This document shows positions 39,901-53,800 of a DNA stretch of 64,000 bases, in pieces. The notes beneath the pieces are model-generated. The model saw only the letters and a list, made by a program, of their open reading frames with translations, ran no database searches and had not been told where the DNA came from. The stretch lies in the NCBI GenBank assembly GCA_002633005.1, contig NMRA01000199.1, positions 530,637 to 594,636 of the forward strand, given 5' to 3'. Position numbers and translations under genes: made by a program. Each line of letters starts with the position of its first letter. The stretch's first letter is position 1. This stretch comes from Phoronis australis (Eukaryota > Animalia > Phoronida).

Positions 39901-41897
39901 TGTTGAGTGCACGCACAAGAATAGAGAGACCAATCTTGGCAAAAAAGGCAAGGAGTTGACGAAACTAGCCGATAACGTAGCTGAAAGAGAAGGCTGCCAG
40001 TATTTTTATTGTCCTGCTGGTCTGTCACCAGGTTTTTGTGAAATAAAATCACACTCGCATTCTGAAAAACGAACCATCCAAGACGTGCTCGAGAAGAAAG
40101 TGTATGAAGTCTCTGCAAATCGTGGCAGTCGCAGTCGGTCTGTATTAAAAAAAGGTTTCTGTCCGCGCCAGAAACGAACAAACCATTCTGATGATTTGAA
40201 GTTTTCTCCTCGGCCAGAAAGAGGAATCTTGCAGCACCTTGAAGGAGATCCGAGGCACCATCCTGCTCCTTTGCTGAAAATGAATCCTTCAAGACATTCA
40301 AAACCTGCAAAACATGCTTGCAATTCACCTAGAAAAGACAAGTGTTCAATTAAGAGGGTTGAACAGAAGCCATTAAAGAGGAGAAAATTACCTCCAATCA
40401 TTCTACGTTCACCTGTGTCATTACCAAGACACGATATGGCTGGATACAAAGCATCCATTTCTTGGTGTCCAACTGTAAGCAACACTTCTCAGTATAAGCG
40501 CACTGTTTATGGAATTTTACCCTCTTCACACAAAATGCGTCGGTTTGGAAGCCGGAAATTATCTAAATGCAAACCAGAGCGTAGCTTGTCTGCAGGTTCA
40601 AAGAAACCTTCACCAGAATTAGAAACTGCTATTCAGAGTATGCCATTCAGAGATGCTCTTTTGAGGGAAGGTTTAGATAAACATGATGGAGCAACTTGTA
40701 ACATTGTACCGAAGTCGGAACACGCCCATTGTTCTACTGATGGTGAAGAAATACGCTTTGAAATGGAGAACAGAAAAATTTGTGATCAAACTTGTGGTGC
40801 ATGTTCTGATGCTTGCAGTAATGAAAACAATTCTGACCATTCAAATGCTCAACAGAAGCAATCTTTTTGCGGGGCTAACATTTTTGATGATGACCATCAA
40901 ATTAAAGATTGTGGCACTGGTCAGGTATCCTCAGGAGCAAAATCTGAATGTAAGCAACACAATACTAACTGCAGCTGTGGAAATATTTCTTGGACATCAG
41001 CTGCTTCCATAGTGGCCAAAGATTCATTTTTCTCTAGGTTGAATTGCAATATAAAAAGTTCACAGTTTAATCCGAAGAGTTCACAGGAGCATTTTTCACA
41101 AGACCTTGATGAAACATGCCCAGCTGCAAGTTTGTTATGCAGACAAACTATACACCCTTTGAATATTGTTATCTCTGGTGAAAGCAAACTACTCAAAAGT
41201 TGCAAACCGTTTCGCTCCACATTTTCAAAAACTCATCAGGGGAATACCGATAAAAACACCAACACTTACAGAATACCGGATTGGGTTCCTAAAAGTGATA
41301 CCAACACATATAACTTGTGTGAGAGCGAGTTGCTGTGCCGGCAAGAACTGCCTCCTGACAGTGGTCGCAATGTTCCAGACCTTACATCGGAACACCAGTG
41401 CTCTCCTTCTTTATCTCCCCAGTCGTCTTGGTCAGCGTGCTCCTCTGTCTGTGAATCTCAAAAAGATGTGCTCGCAGACCAGTTTGTGACAGACAAACAG
41501 CTGCCAATAGACATGGTGTCTAGGACAACGTCACCGTTTAGTTCTGACTCGGAGCTGCCAGAATTTCCCTCCGGCGATGAGGATGAAAATGGAGATTGTT
41601 CGCCTCGGTCCAGTTCTCCTGTTGCTCATCAAAGGGGCTTCATGTGTACTGGCTCGCAATGTAGTTTGTACTCTGAAGACAAGCCAAATTACTTTGCAAG
41701 AGCCAGATCTGAGCCAGCGTATTGCAAGCACCCAAACATCAAACCTGTGAAGTCAGCAGCAGATTGTGCATCAGACAACAACAGCTTGTCACTGATCAAA
41801 ACTATTCTGGAGATCGATGAAAGGTCAGAGGCTGAACGCGATGATGGGGCCAGCTGGGACTGTAATCTTGGTATTCATGAGAGACAGGCGCTCAAAG
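36980..41897 (+). CDS. Gene B giant first coding exon (4.9 kb, about 1639 aa), S/K/C/N-rich low-complexity region starting MGTGASK
   Basis: Lies within the uninterrupted 1657-aa ORF 36980..41953. Acceptor TTGCAG ends at 36960, 19 nt before the ATG. The phase-1 donor AAAG|GTAAGA at 41897 joins in frame to exon 42704-42867. Confidence 0.85.
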
Positions 41898-44800
41898 GTA
41901 AGAATAAAATGTTTGGGAAATGCCAAACGGAAGGCATTTTTTTGATGAAGTGATCCTCAAATAAAAAATATTAAATTCTTGCTTGGATTTCCATAAGATT
42001 CATGCAGTTTTTCTGCTCTGCATTGTTTCGTCAATGGTTTGCATTAAGATCAAGGCGCTCATTCATTCGAGGGGAAAGGTGCTTGTGCCTTGTAAGAGGG
42101 GACTATTTTGGGGTGAGGGGAAAATTTCTACCTCTTGATCACCATTAATAGCAACCCCATCCTGTTGCAAACTCTCATAGGCTCTGCCTCAAGTAGCCGT
42201 TGTGCTCTTTCAAATTGCTACCTGTGGGAGTTATGAGCGACTTGAACCTCAAATGGAGTTTTTTTTCCAGTCACTTGAGGGGAAGTTTTGGACATCATGA
42301 GAGGAATTTTGTGTGATTTGTCAATATTTTTGAGAGGGTAATGGGTCCGATATTCGACCCCAATTTGGAGGGACTTAGGGCCCTAAAGTTATTTATATAA
42401 TTTGAAGTTTGTGATAATTAATAACATTCTTTTATATTTATCTATTAAGAAAGGATAATTCAGAGTATGAGTTCTAAGGACAGTTAGTTATTTTTTCTTC
42501 TCAAGTCCCAAGTCATAGTGCTTGATCAGGCTGAAATCACAAACTGCAAAAAATCAAGTTGCCGTCAGCCTTCCCATATCAAAAAGCCAAACTGAGAGAG
42601 TTCCACCCCAAGATGTAAACTAGACCCATGTCACTGCATGCGGCTTCAATGCACTTAATACGAAAGCTGTCATTATTAAAAAAAAGTATTTCTTATCTGT
42701 TAGATCAGAGGAAGCTGGAAGCAAGTTTAAGGGTAGCTTGTGATTTGATTAACCCTGCAGCTTTGTCATCTGCGGCAACGAAGTTTATTCACAGACTCTG
42801 TCTTGCCAGAGCTCTGCCTGAATCGTGCAATGTTTTGGTGTTGATCCGAAAGATGACCCATCTACTGGTAAGTAAGTTATTTCATATTATTGTTGTCCTA
42901 GACATGGCTCAAAACTTTGGCGCGACCTTTTCATTCGTTTCATCCAAGAAAACTACCTTTTTCGTGCTTTTAGTATCTAAAAATACTAGCTGAAGCTTAT
43001 CCAAATGACTTGACATTAATTTTGTGCTACCCTAGGGTGTTTGCAATTCTATGGGATGAATGGAAAGAGGTTGAACTATATTCAAAAAACGGATCATCGC
43101 CGCACTAATGAAAAAGTTCATATTAATTTGACGTTTGGTCTATTCATTAGACATCATCACGATACAATCAGACATAAAGTGTCGACATATGAGTCAGGTT
43201 ACATCCTCTTATTTTCAGATAAGTTTGACCATTGTATGCCACATGGGCATTTTTATGCTCCGTCATGTGGACGCATTATGCCGTCATCTCCGTCCATCCG
43301 GCATCCAGTGTCCACTACTCTATTTTCAAAAACCTTCGATGCATGTTTTAAATTTTGCAGATAATTTGTTCTTTTCTTGGATGGGATGGCATGAGCGATG
43401 AGGGAATTTTCAGATGGATCCGACTACTGATGTGCCACCTAGTGGCAATTTTAGTTTTTACATTTACGTAATTATGTATCTTTGGACTTCGTCAATGGAT
43501 TTTCATAAAATTTGGGAAATAGGTATCTATTAGAGAGATTACTACTTAACTTAAAAGCTCAACTTGGCAATATAATCGGTAAAGTTTGCCATGAAGGTAA
43601 CTGCCATACCAGCTACCGGACATGTCTCAAACAACTCGAAGATTTTGCGCACACAAGGTTGGACAGTTACCTTTAGTTAAAACTCTACGTAGTACAGTTT
43701 CGGAGGTCAGATTCACAGTGAAATAAGCCGACTTTGCGTGAGAGAACCGGGATCCCAGAAATTATCCACTTTCATTTGATCCCAATAACAGCTGCCTGAA
43801 GTTTTGAAGGTGAATGTATTTTTGTGCGTTTGCCATTGATTGCATGTTGTGTGAAGATTTTTTCAGTTTTTGTGTAGTGCTCCGCGGCGCAGGTTCGGAA
43901 ATTCACAACTTACCGTTTCCCATTCTCATTTTTGTGGTTGGCCTTATAGATAGCCTAAGCGAATTACATGTATCTAAACATAAACAAAACACCGATCTCC
44001 AGAATAAGCTTTGGTTAATTTGGGGGTGGACCTTTTCCCTACTGACATTACCAAAAATATGTCTCTGTTATGTGCCCTTTTCGTAGCCTCTACAAATTCT
44101 GCTGCTTCACTTTGTAATCCAGCCATTACGGCTTGTATGTGGGGTGGTACGGTATTTTGTCAATATGGCCAATCATACTGGCTTTTGGATACTTGTTATG
44201 TCAAGCATGGGCAGCATCAGGTCAGTTTTAGTTAGCTAGCCAAGTAGCTGATTGTATGAAGACATCGTCAAAATAGTTGCATGCAATGTTGCTGGCAAAT
44301 ATCTCTTTGGCCAGGCCTTGGTACTTATTGTATGTTTTTGGTAAAAAGTGAATTCTGTGTTCCTGCTTTTGTAGGGTTCACGATGATTGCTATTCTGTTT
44401 TTTTTTCTTTCTTTTCAGCAACTTGACATCTCTCATAATTACGTTGGCCCTCATGCCTTTCGTACCATCTTGAAAGCAATGGTTTGGAACTCAACCTTGA
44501 CTCACCTGAATATTGCTTACAATGATGGCACTCCTGATTCTGCGGTATGGCAAGGACATCAGTAATTTCCTATTGTTTCTCTAAGGCTTAAGCATTGTGT
44601 GAGCTACCTAGTGAGATACATGAGATGGGATACATTAATTGTGAAGCTGAATGAATTTATTGTAACAGTTATTGAACTGTTTCCGGTTCAACAACTATTT
44701 TGGATGGCCTGTCATTGTGTATTACTTTTCCTTATTGGTTCATATATCAGTCCTTAAAACGATTCCGTACTCGTCCGGGTTACCGCCCGTGCTCAGCTTA

Positions 44801-47800
44801 CCACCCACTACCAACTTTTTATGATCGAGACCTCCTTAAAAGCGTGTGTGCCTTTGTGAATGTTTGTCTCACGAAATTAAGATTCCTTTCAATGACAATC
44901 AATCAGTTTTAGCGAAACCGGCAACTTCCCTTACTATGGCGGTAAAATACCCATATTCTCAATGCTCTTTACTGGCCTACACGCGGAACTTGTTTCAGCA
45001 TGTACTGATTACTGAGACAGCACTTGTCAAATGTATTTCATTGCCGTGGAAGAACCAACAAAACAGTACTTGACAAGAATTTCAAGTCCGTTGTACCTTT
45101 CTGGATTCCCCTGACAGTACACGAAACATCACCACCCTAAGCAATGAAATAAAAAAAATCACGAGCACACTCGGCTGGTATATGACCAAGACCAACGATT
45201 TTGGAAACTCCACCGACATTATTTTGGACACATTGTTTTGAATACAAGCAGATTTGGGCCATTGTTCCGTGTCTTCGTTAAATGCAAGCCATGTCTTTAA
45301 TGACTCACTCCTGACACCAAAATGGAAGCGCCCAACCAGAAGCAACAGCGCAAGAAATCAACTTAAGTGCAAGTTGAACATTCTATCCACATCTACGTGG
45401 TCAAAAATTTATTTTTTGTGAACTCTTGATTTGTCAGTTGACTTTTTACATGATGTGTTTTTGCTTCATTATTTTTGCAGCCGAATGACCACCCCTATTG
45501 CCTAATAGTAGTATTGTGGGATTGTTGAGCATGTGGTTTGAACATATTCTGGGAGGTTGGTGTTTTCTGTTCAACACAGAAAGAAATATACAATGCATAT
45601 AAAATGTTACAATGTTCAAACTAGGTTCAAAGTATTTAGAAGAAAGACAGACTGTCAATCATTAGCACATGTTTGGTTGCCAAAGTAACTATAGCAGCAG
45701 CATATCTTTACAAAATCACCTGCTTCCCATAGCAATACATGACGATCTAGTGTAGTCTTGCGTCATCTTGCTTTCTCTCAAGAAACTTGCCCTACTGAAG
45801 GCACGTCTCTCTGTAAGAATACCTTAGTTTCAAGACACGACGAGCGGCGACCGAGGTCTGTAATACACCAATGACGCTCGGGATCACGGCGCCTCTGTAT
45901 CCTGTGTGCTATTCCACTTCATCCCGTTAAAGGCTGTTACTTCAATCCGCCGACGTATATTTTAACTGACATGATTGAAGTCCGACGTCAGTATAGCTCC
46001 GTTAGGGTAAAATCGGTTCTTTGTGCAGTAAACACCCACTCCCGACTTCTCAAAAATTTAGATTTTAACTGCCCATGCTCGGCTTCATGTTCTGCCCACA
46101 CCCTGATTTTTTAGATTCCCAATTTAAGTGCCCTGGAATGTAACCCGGACGAGTATTGTATAATGGCCCCCATAGGCGAAATTTTTTGGATTTGGAGCAC
46201 TTAGTTGTTCAACAAAATGTCTTTTAAGACACTTTAAAAAGTGTCTATCAACTCGCCTTCCGTCCAAGAAACAAACTTGATTTAGTTCACTAACGTTAAA
46301 TCTCCACTTTAACACTGACACAATGTAGCCAACAAGTGAATTATTTTTCATTTTTCAATAAAAGATAGAGTAGCACAAAATGAAGGCTTTTACACTTTCA
46401 AGACAATCACCATAGCTACCACCAGAAAATAATTCTAAGAAATTGTGGGCATTCATGACTACGTTAGAATCCTTGAGAAAATGGAAAAGATCTATTTTGG
46501 CTACTTTTGTCCAAAATTGGTGAGATTTCTTTAAAAGTGGCCTCGTCATGTTTCTTATTTAGAAGTGTCAGTTGTCTTGAATCCCTGAAATCACTTCAGT
46601 TTCATTAAGGAATGGTTTGAGGCCAATTTCATAACCGGTAGCCTAAATGAAAAATTGGTTTTTGTGATGGAATGTGGGTTTATTGACAGTTCAGGTTAAG
46701 ACGAAATGCAACTACATGAAATAAGAAAATTTAGTGTGCATTTTTAATATCTTTAGTCTTCACGGTCTTAATTTCACATCTTAATGTCATGCGCTTGATC
46801 ATATGTAATGGGTTTCATGAAGTGCAGCCTCTCGAGGTTGCAACGTGTGTAATATTTACCTGTGCACTGCGTGCTTGAATGTAGCTGGGGTTCAATGAAT
46901 GCACCCATGTCTTGAGTCGTTTTATGCAACTCAGTGAATAGGAGCATTTTATTAGTAAAGAGTCGAACACCAATACCAGTTGATGACCATGTCGCATAGG
47001 AATTGTCAACATGAACTTTTACAACTCGTGCAATAAAATATATCATTTTAGTAACTTTGTGCTTCTGTAGCGGTACAGTCGGTAGCTATTTTCATAACTC
47101 CCTGTGTAGAGATCCTGGTTTCCGTAGTAACGAAAACGGACGGTGACTTCACAAGATCTAGTGGCTGAATGTTATTTTCTGTCAGGAACCTCTCGGTGAA
47201 CTCCTTCAGAAGAACTCTACCCTATGCTGGCTAGATGTCTCTGGTAACAACCTTGGTAAAACCGATTTCTCCTGGCATGTGGGACATGCTTTGACCGTCA
47301 ACAACACACTGACAACTTTGAAGTGAGTGAAAACACATGCTTGATAATGGGCAGTGTATGCTGCACTGTCATATTTGTGGTAGCTAGGACCAATTGCATG
47401 TACCCTCCAGACACTAAGTGGTAGTGAGGATCCAGTGACTACCCTCACAAGAGTGGTTGTGAAGACCCATTGAATCCCATAATTCATCTGTGTTGCTTCA
47501 GATGGAGGTTAGTTAGTACCCATTGACTGTACCCTCAGGTGGGTGGCAGTGAGGACCCTTTTCATTTACGGAGTGGTAGTGAGGATCCATTGAGTACCCC
47601 CAGGTGGGTGGTAATAACCTAAATTGATACAAAATATGTTGTTTTTTTGGGTGGCATTCTCCTTTAACCACTCTGTTGGGAAAATGTTTGTTTTTTTGGG
47701 CTGATCGATTTGGACCGAAGTTTAGTCACATATGCCAGTGACAAATTTTGTCAGGCTGATTTTCAAAATGACACATTTTGACACTTCAAATGTCCAGGAC

Positions 47801-50800
47801 CTAGAGAAAGTAGCAAAATGTTTGGATCATGAGTTTAGTTTTAAGTACTCTTTAAATAGTGGTTTCCCAAGTATATAAAAATGTCCAAAAAATTGTCATT
47901 TTCTTGCTTTAATACAGGTGTTCTGAATGTGGAATTTCTGACGTGAGGGAGTTTATTGGTGCTCTTTTACAAAAGAAAACTCTAAAGTACTTAACAATGA
48001 GCAATAACCCAATATGTGGCGGCAACCACTTTGGGAGTTACTTGGCAACTTGGCTACAGGTAAGCGAATGCAGTTATACAGTTACAGCAACACTCAAACT
48101 TTGAAAATGAAGGTACAATTAAATCCTCGACATCCCAAGACTGATAAATCATGTACGTGACACACTAATGTGTACCTATTCAGTTTTATTTGCCCTTTTA
48201 TCATGAGACAATTTGTACGCTGACATTTGGGGTTTTATTATCCCTACGCCTAAGTGAGCCTAAACCGAGCTGTGACTTAAACCTTCCTATTTGATTCACA
48301 AATTAATGCTCGTTGCTTGGTGTTGTAGCTCAAAGACTATTCGCTAATTTCTCTTTTAATACATTTATTTCAAAAGCTCAAAGGTGTCTACTATTTACGT
48401 TTCAATTTTAAAAACAGTCATGTTGTTCGTTTTGACTTTGAAACTCGTACACTAGACGTGTTGGTTTATGACCGCACATTCAACCAAGCCCATAAATAGC
48501 AACTAGCTCCCTTCAATTTTTGACAACGCCATCAAGCCTTTGATGTGTCGAGGACTTTTCTGGATACTTTGGGGCTAAACCATGCACTGTGGTTTTTCGT
48601 CCACATGTGTGCGAATCCTGTTTGTGTAAGATTTGCCTAATGATTCACATGACAAGTTTGTGAACAATGGAAATTGTTGAACAATGACAGGCAATTTTGT
48701 ACTTTCCAAATGTTCCCGTTTACATTAATGTTCAAATTCTTTCCATCATCAGCCAGAGCTGGTGTGTTACTTGGTGATGAGCTATGTCACGCGTGTTCAC
48801 AAAAATGACATGTTCTATTATTGTCATCGAGTGTTCCTTGCTTGAACTCGTTTGCAGAATAAACCCAAATTAATCTACTTGGACATTGCAAACTGTGGCC
48901 TGAGCTGGAAGGCATTTGCGATGCTCCACCAGTCTGTGAAGGCTTGCAGTACGCTCAATGTACTCAACATCAGTGGATGTGAGGTAGTTAGTTTAATCTC
49001 ATTGTGATTAGTGTTTTGTTCTTTGACCAGTTGCTACTATATTTTCTACATCCCAGTGGAGTTAGCCGCCAGCCTTAGGGGAATCATTTCTTCAGTACGA
49101 CTATCGTGACGTAAGGAGCAATTTGATGTTTCCTATAGGTGGTGCTAATAAAGAAAGGGTCCTGTTCTTAACTTCAATGCGAGCAAAGAATAGTTCACCA
49201 GCTTGGAGGCATACCTTGGCTAAGTGTCCCACGCTACTATAAGAATGCATGCATTTATATACTAGGTGCATTGACTCAGTAGCGCCACTTAGTAAGCTTT
49301 GAGTTGCCCATTTAGTTGTAGTTCAAATATGTGAAATTTGCACTTGGTGCACATATCCAAAATTTTCCTTTGAAGATATTTGCCACTTACTTTAAAACCT
49401 CTGTCTACTTGTTATCTCTGAGTATAAACAGGTATTGTGTGTTAATACAGTGTTAGGCATGCACTTGGTTACATGCACTGCAAAGTATCGGGCAAGTTGA
49501 CTTCCAGTTCTCATCCTCTTAATCTGAACAAATTATCCACTTGAGTAGAACAATAGGGGTTGACATGCTGTCTCCACTGATCTATATGACAAAGATTGAT
49601 GATCCCAGGGGCACATAGTCCATGTGTGGTTATAGTGCATCTTGGGACAAATCTTAACTATGGTTGATAATACTTCTGAAGCCAACGTTCTCATCTTGAT
49701 CATTTACCAAGTTTCCTCGTGTAAACTTCCCCCTTAACATTTAATAGCTAAATAAGGCATCAGTTTTTATATCACTACTGCTGTTGTCTCTACTCCTCTT
49801 ACTATCACACTACATCAGCCTACTCTAATGCTGCTACTGTGCCAAGACCACTAAATGCACGTCTGCCTCTTGTACAGAACAGATGATCCAACCTCACTGT
49901 TATGCTTTGATCCCTAAACCATGATAACTTTGTCTCATTTCCATCAGGTGGCGTCACATGACAGGCTGGCCATGTTTGTCATAGTATGCATCAGCAAGAT
50001 GACTTTAGTCCAGCTGGTTATGAACAACGTGTCTGTCCCACGGTTATGCAAGGAAAACCAGATTGGTGAGTAATACTTCTGAGGGCAGGCACTTGGCTAG
50101 TAGCAGCATTGGTATTACTTACTATCTTCAACTTTGTATAGCTTGTACAGTCAATATTTAACATTGGTACGTTTAAAATGAGAATAACATCTTCAGAGAA
50201 GACAGTGCCTTTCAAGAAACATTTTGCATGTTCATACGTACAGTTTTCACATCACATACAATGTCTGGTGAAATCATAGTGAATGACTAAGAAATACGTA
50301 TGGTGAACATAAAATTGAAAATAATAAAGATTATTCCAGACATTGCAGACGGAGCTGCTATTTTGGAACATTTGTTTGTTTTCATATCTCACAACCAAGA
50401 AGGGCTAGTTTTCATGTGGCACTATTAGCTTAAGTGACAAACGTGGAGAGTAGAGATTGGTTTGATTATTACAATGAGAAATGTCTGTATCACCGGATAA
50501 TCATTACTAACTGGTTGTTGCAGTCAAAGTGAAAGAAGTGCACAGCATCAGCCTGCTCTCCTCACTCAGCCTGGACAACTGTAACCTGAGGGACAGTGTG
50601 CTGAAGCAGATGGAGTCCAGACTGTCAGCCACCATACCACACCTGAGGGAGCTCAGTCTTGCCAGTAACCCACAGGTCACAGTGGAGAGTCTGGACAGTT
50701 TCCAAGTCATGATGGCAGGTCTGTGTGTTTGTATAATTATGCTGTAGTACTCTCTGTACATTGCTGCAGCACCCTCATCTCTTTGTATGTTGCTGCTGCA

Positions 50801-53800
50801 ACCTATCTTTCTTTGTTTGCATTTTACTGCAGGATTCTCTCTGTATTTTGCTTCCGAGTCCTCTATCTTTATAATTGCTGCATATCCCTCTGTGTTTGTA
50901 TATTGCTACAGGGTCCACTTTACTCGTATATTGCTGGCGGGTCCTCTATCTTTGTATATTGGTGCAAGACTCTCTGTTAATGTTGTTCCAGCTAGGTCTC
51001 TCTGTGTTTGCATATTGCTGCAGGACCCTCTCTCTTTGTATATTGCTTCAGGGCCTTCTATTTTTGTAAATTGCTACTGGATTCTATGTGCTGTAGTTCC
51101 TTCTCTGCTTATTGCTGCAGGACCCTTTCTCGTATGTTGCTTCAGTCTTCTATCTTTGTATATTGCTGGAGGACTTTCTGTATATTGCTGCAGGTCCCTC
51201 TGTGTTTCCAAATGAGGGGCCAGTTGACATTCTAGTTTACAGCTAGAACAGTGTATTTGATATTGGAGCTATAATTCATTATTGATTGATAGTTACAGCA
51301 GCTATTTTTAGTGTTGGTTAGGAATTGATACCGTGACGTTTGATCCATATTAATTATCAGCAGGGTGACCAGCCACCACACTGGTTTAATATTTCCTGTT
51401 CATTTCCCACAGGCTCTGTCAGCCAGCCTTGCAATCTGCAGAAACTCAACTTTGCGGGCAACAATGCCAACAACGTCCATCTATTCCTACACTTCAACCG
51501 CTGTCCAGGGGCCACCTACGTCAACTTATCGCAGTCCAAGATGTCCGGTTCCACCCTATACAATCTTCTTCCATGCTCGGCTAATGACAAGGATTGGGTT
51601 GACAATGGCTGCAGTCACGTGGCGACGCTGGTGTTGCAAGGTGTTCTGTTGACTGACGGGGAAATCATGTGCAAGACATTCGGTAAGAGAATCTTGGTGT
51701 TGTTTCTTCTGGTTTTACCGTCTTTGGGCTAACGTGTTGTCCGTAAGCTAATCATTGGAGACCAAGACAAGGAGTTTTTCGTTCGCGTGATGGTTAAGGT
51801 GTGCTGCCATATTCTGCCTGGGCAGCAGTGAAATGGATAACGTTTTGAAGTTAAGAACAACCCATTCTCTGTACCCTTCACTGTCATAACCAGTCATTGG
51901 ACGCAATTAATGTCTGAGAGGTCAAAATACCCACCTAATGTGATGAGGTGGTGTAGTAATCACTAGCAGTTGGTAGCATGTCCTCACCATTCCTGCCAGG
52001 AGAACCTTCTGGTGTGGGCATCTGATGGTGATACAGTGGAATTGTGATACTTAATATCATACCAAATAATAGGATATCTCGGTTATTGAAATGACATGTC
52101 ATGGTTTATTGTCATTAGAAATTAAGAACATTAATTCACATGTCGTGCTTCTTATCATTTGTACCATTGCTTTAATTTCTATCTAAAAACCAACAGTGGC
52201 TAATGCATTTGAATTTTTGGAACTCGGTGCTAGGTTAAAAATCAGTTGTTTCCTGTTAAGCTGTCTTGTTCTGACTTCCAAAAGGGCTGAATTTGAACTG
52301 TAGAGCCATCATGAGTTTAATGAATAACAACACGTGCATTGTAAGCTAATGCAAGACACTCCTCACTTGGAAAGCATTGTTTTCTGATAAGTTCTCATAT
52401 TCTTCATTAATTTATAATGTAAAGTTGTCTAAAAACTCATCACTTATAATGAGCAGTTTATAAGAGCAGTTACATCATCGCCATGAAGTCGGAACCCGCC
52501 TAATGGCATATCAAGGTCACTTTCATAATTTGCTTGGAAACTGCAGAATTGGAGCTGGCTCCAATTTATGATTTGAAAGACCTTAGGTAGTCCTTTGTGT
52601 TTCTGAGATTCTACAGTTTTTCATGTAGTGCTTGTTTTTCATTCACTGTCTTATGTGTTACTTCCTTGACAGGTCGTTGTCATCTGGCTAACTTGCACTT
52701 GTCCCATCTGGACATGTCTGCGTGTAACCTCGGCAACAGTGACATGCGACAAATTGCCAAAGCGATGCAAATGAAGACGGTGCCATTAGTAACTCTAAAG
52801 CTGTCCAACAACTACATCGGAGATGACGGAATTGGTCATCTTGTGTACGCACTGTTAGACTCCAACACACTGCACAGACTCAATCTGAGTCACAATAAGG
52901 TACATCACAAATTTCTCTTATTTAGTTTCAACTCCAGATGGCAGTGATTTCCAAATTCTGGTATCAATCTAGTCGATCGCATAGTCTTTTTTCCACATCA
53001 CGACTTGCACACCAGTTATCTACCACGATTAAGGTAAATGCGACTGTCGTGACTGAAATACTGGTAAACAAACTGAATCCTATTAAATCATTTTGTCTAA
53101 TTTTTATCGTATTTTTCAGGTCTGCAGAAAATAATCCTAATGGTAATTCTCCACTTGTTTTGCACAAAATAAATTTATTTTTCTGACAGTTGGTTTGTGT
53201 GAAATAGACTAAACAATCATACAGACTTTATGGTTGATGGGAATGTAACTTAGTAACCAAGCGTTGCTAACTTCGAGCATGCAAGTTTAATGAAATGCGT
53301 GACCTTTGCATTGACAATGTGCTATCAGCTAACAGTGATTAAGTTACTGTTCCAAATATTAAAGTAATTTACCATATTGTTGGTGAAACACTCTATTGAG
53401 GAAATTCCCCTGGGTCACAGGACACTTATGTAGGTCACCCCTTTCACCTCACATTTAAAGCAGCATGATGTATTCCATATGAACGGATGAATTAAGTGGT
53501 TAATGTAATACTTAGACTTTATTAACACAATTAAAAACAGGGTGTTTGTTACAAGGAGTAACAGTAGGGCTTTGCCTGCAATACTGACCACCTTGTGATT
53601 TAGGTGAGCCAAGATATTCTGGCAATGTGAGTGAGGGACAAAATAACTGAGGGACAAAATAAAACTGAGGGACAAAATAAAACTGAGGGACAAAATAAAA
53701 CTGAGGGACAAAATTTTAAGAGTGCGAAATGAGGTGAATGGGCTAAATTAGTGGAGAATTATATAGCAACCTTATTTTTATGAGAAATTCAGTGCCTGAA

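Noticed and set aside
37600-41731. Many antisense and alternate-frame ORFs (up to 169 aa), and likewise 26837..27355+
   Set aside because: Shadow ORFs of the large coding exons, with no independent motifs.
36980-41953. The 1657-aa ORF as a retrotransposon or viral polyprotein, or as a stand-alone gene
   Set aside because: No RT, integrase, protease or transposase motifs were seen; it is flanked by splice sites and joins in frame to the LRR exons.
45744-47158. 14-bp imperfect inverted ends (GATCTAGTGTAGTC / GACTTCACAAGATC) suggesting a 1.4-kb element
   Set aside because: Too short and mismatched, with no clear TSD.
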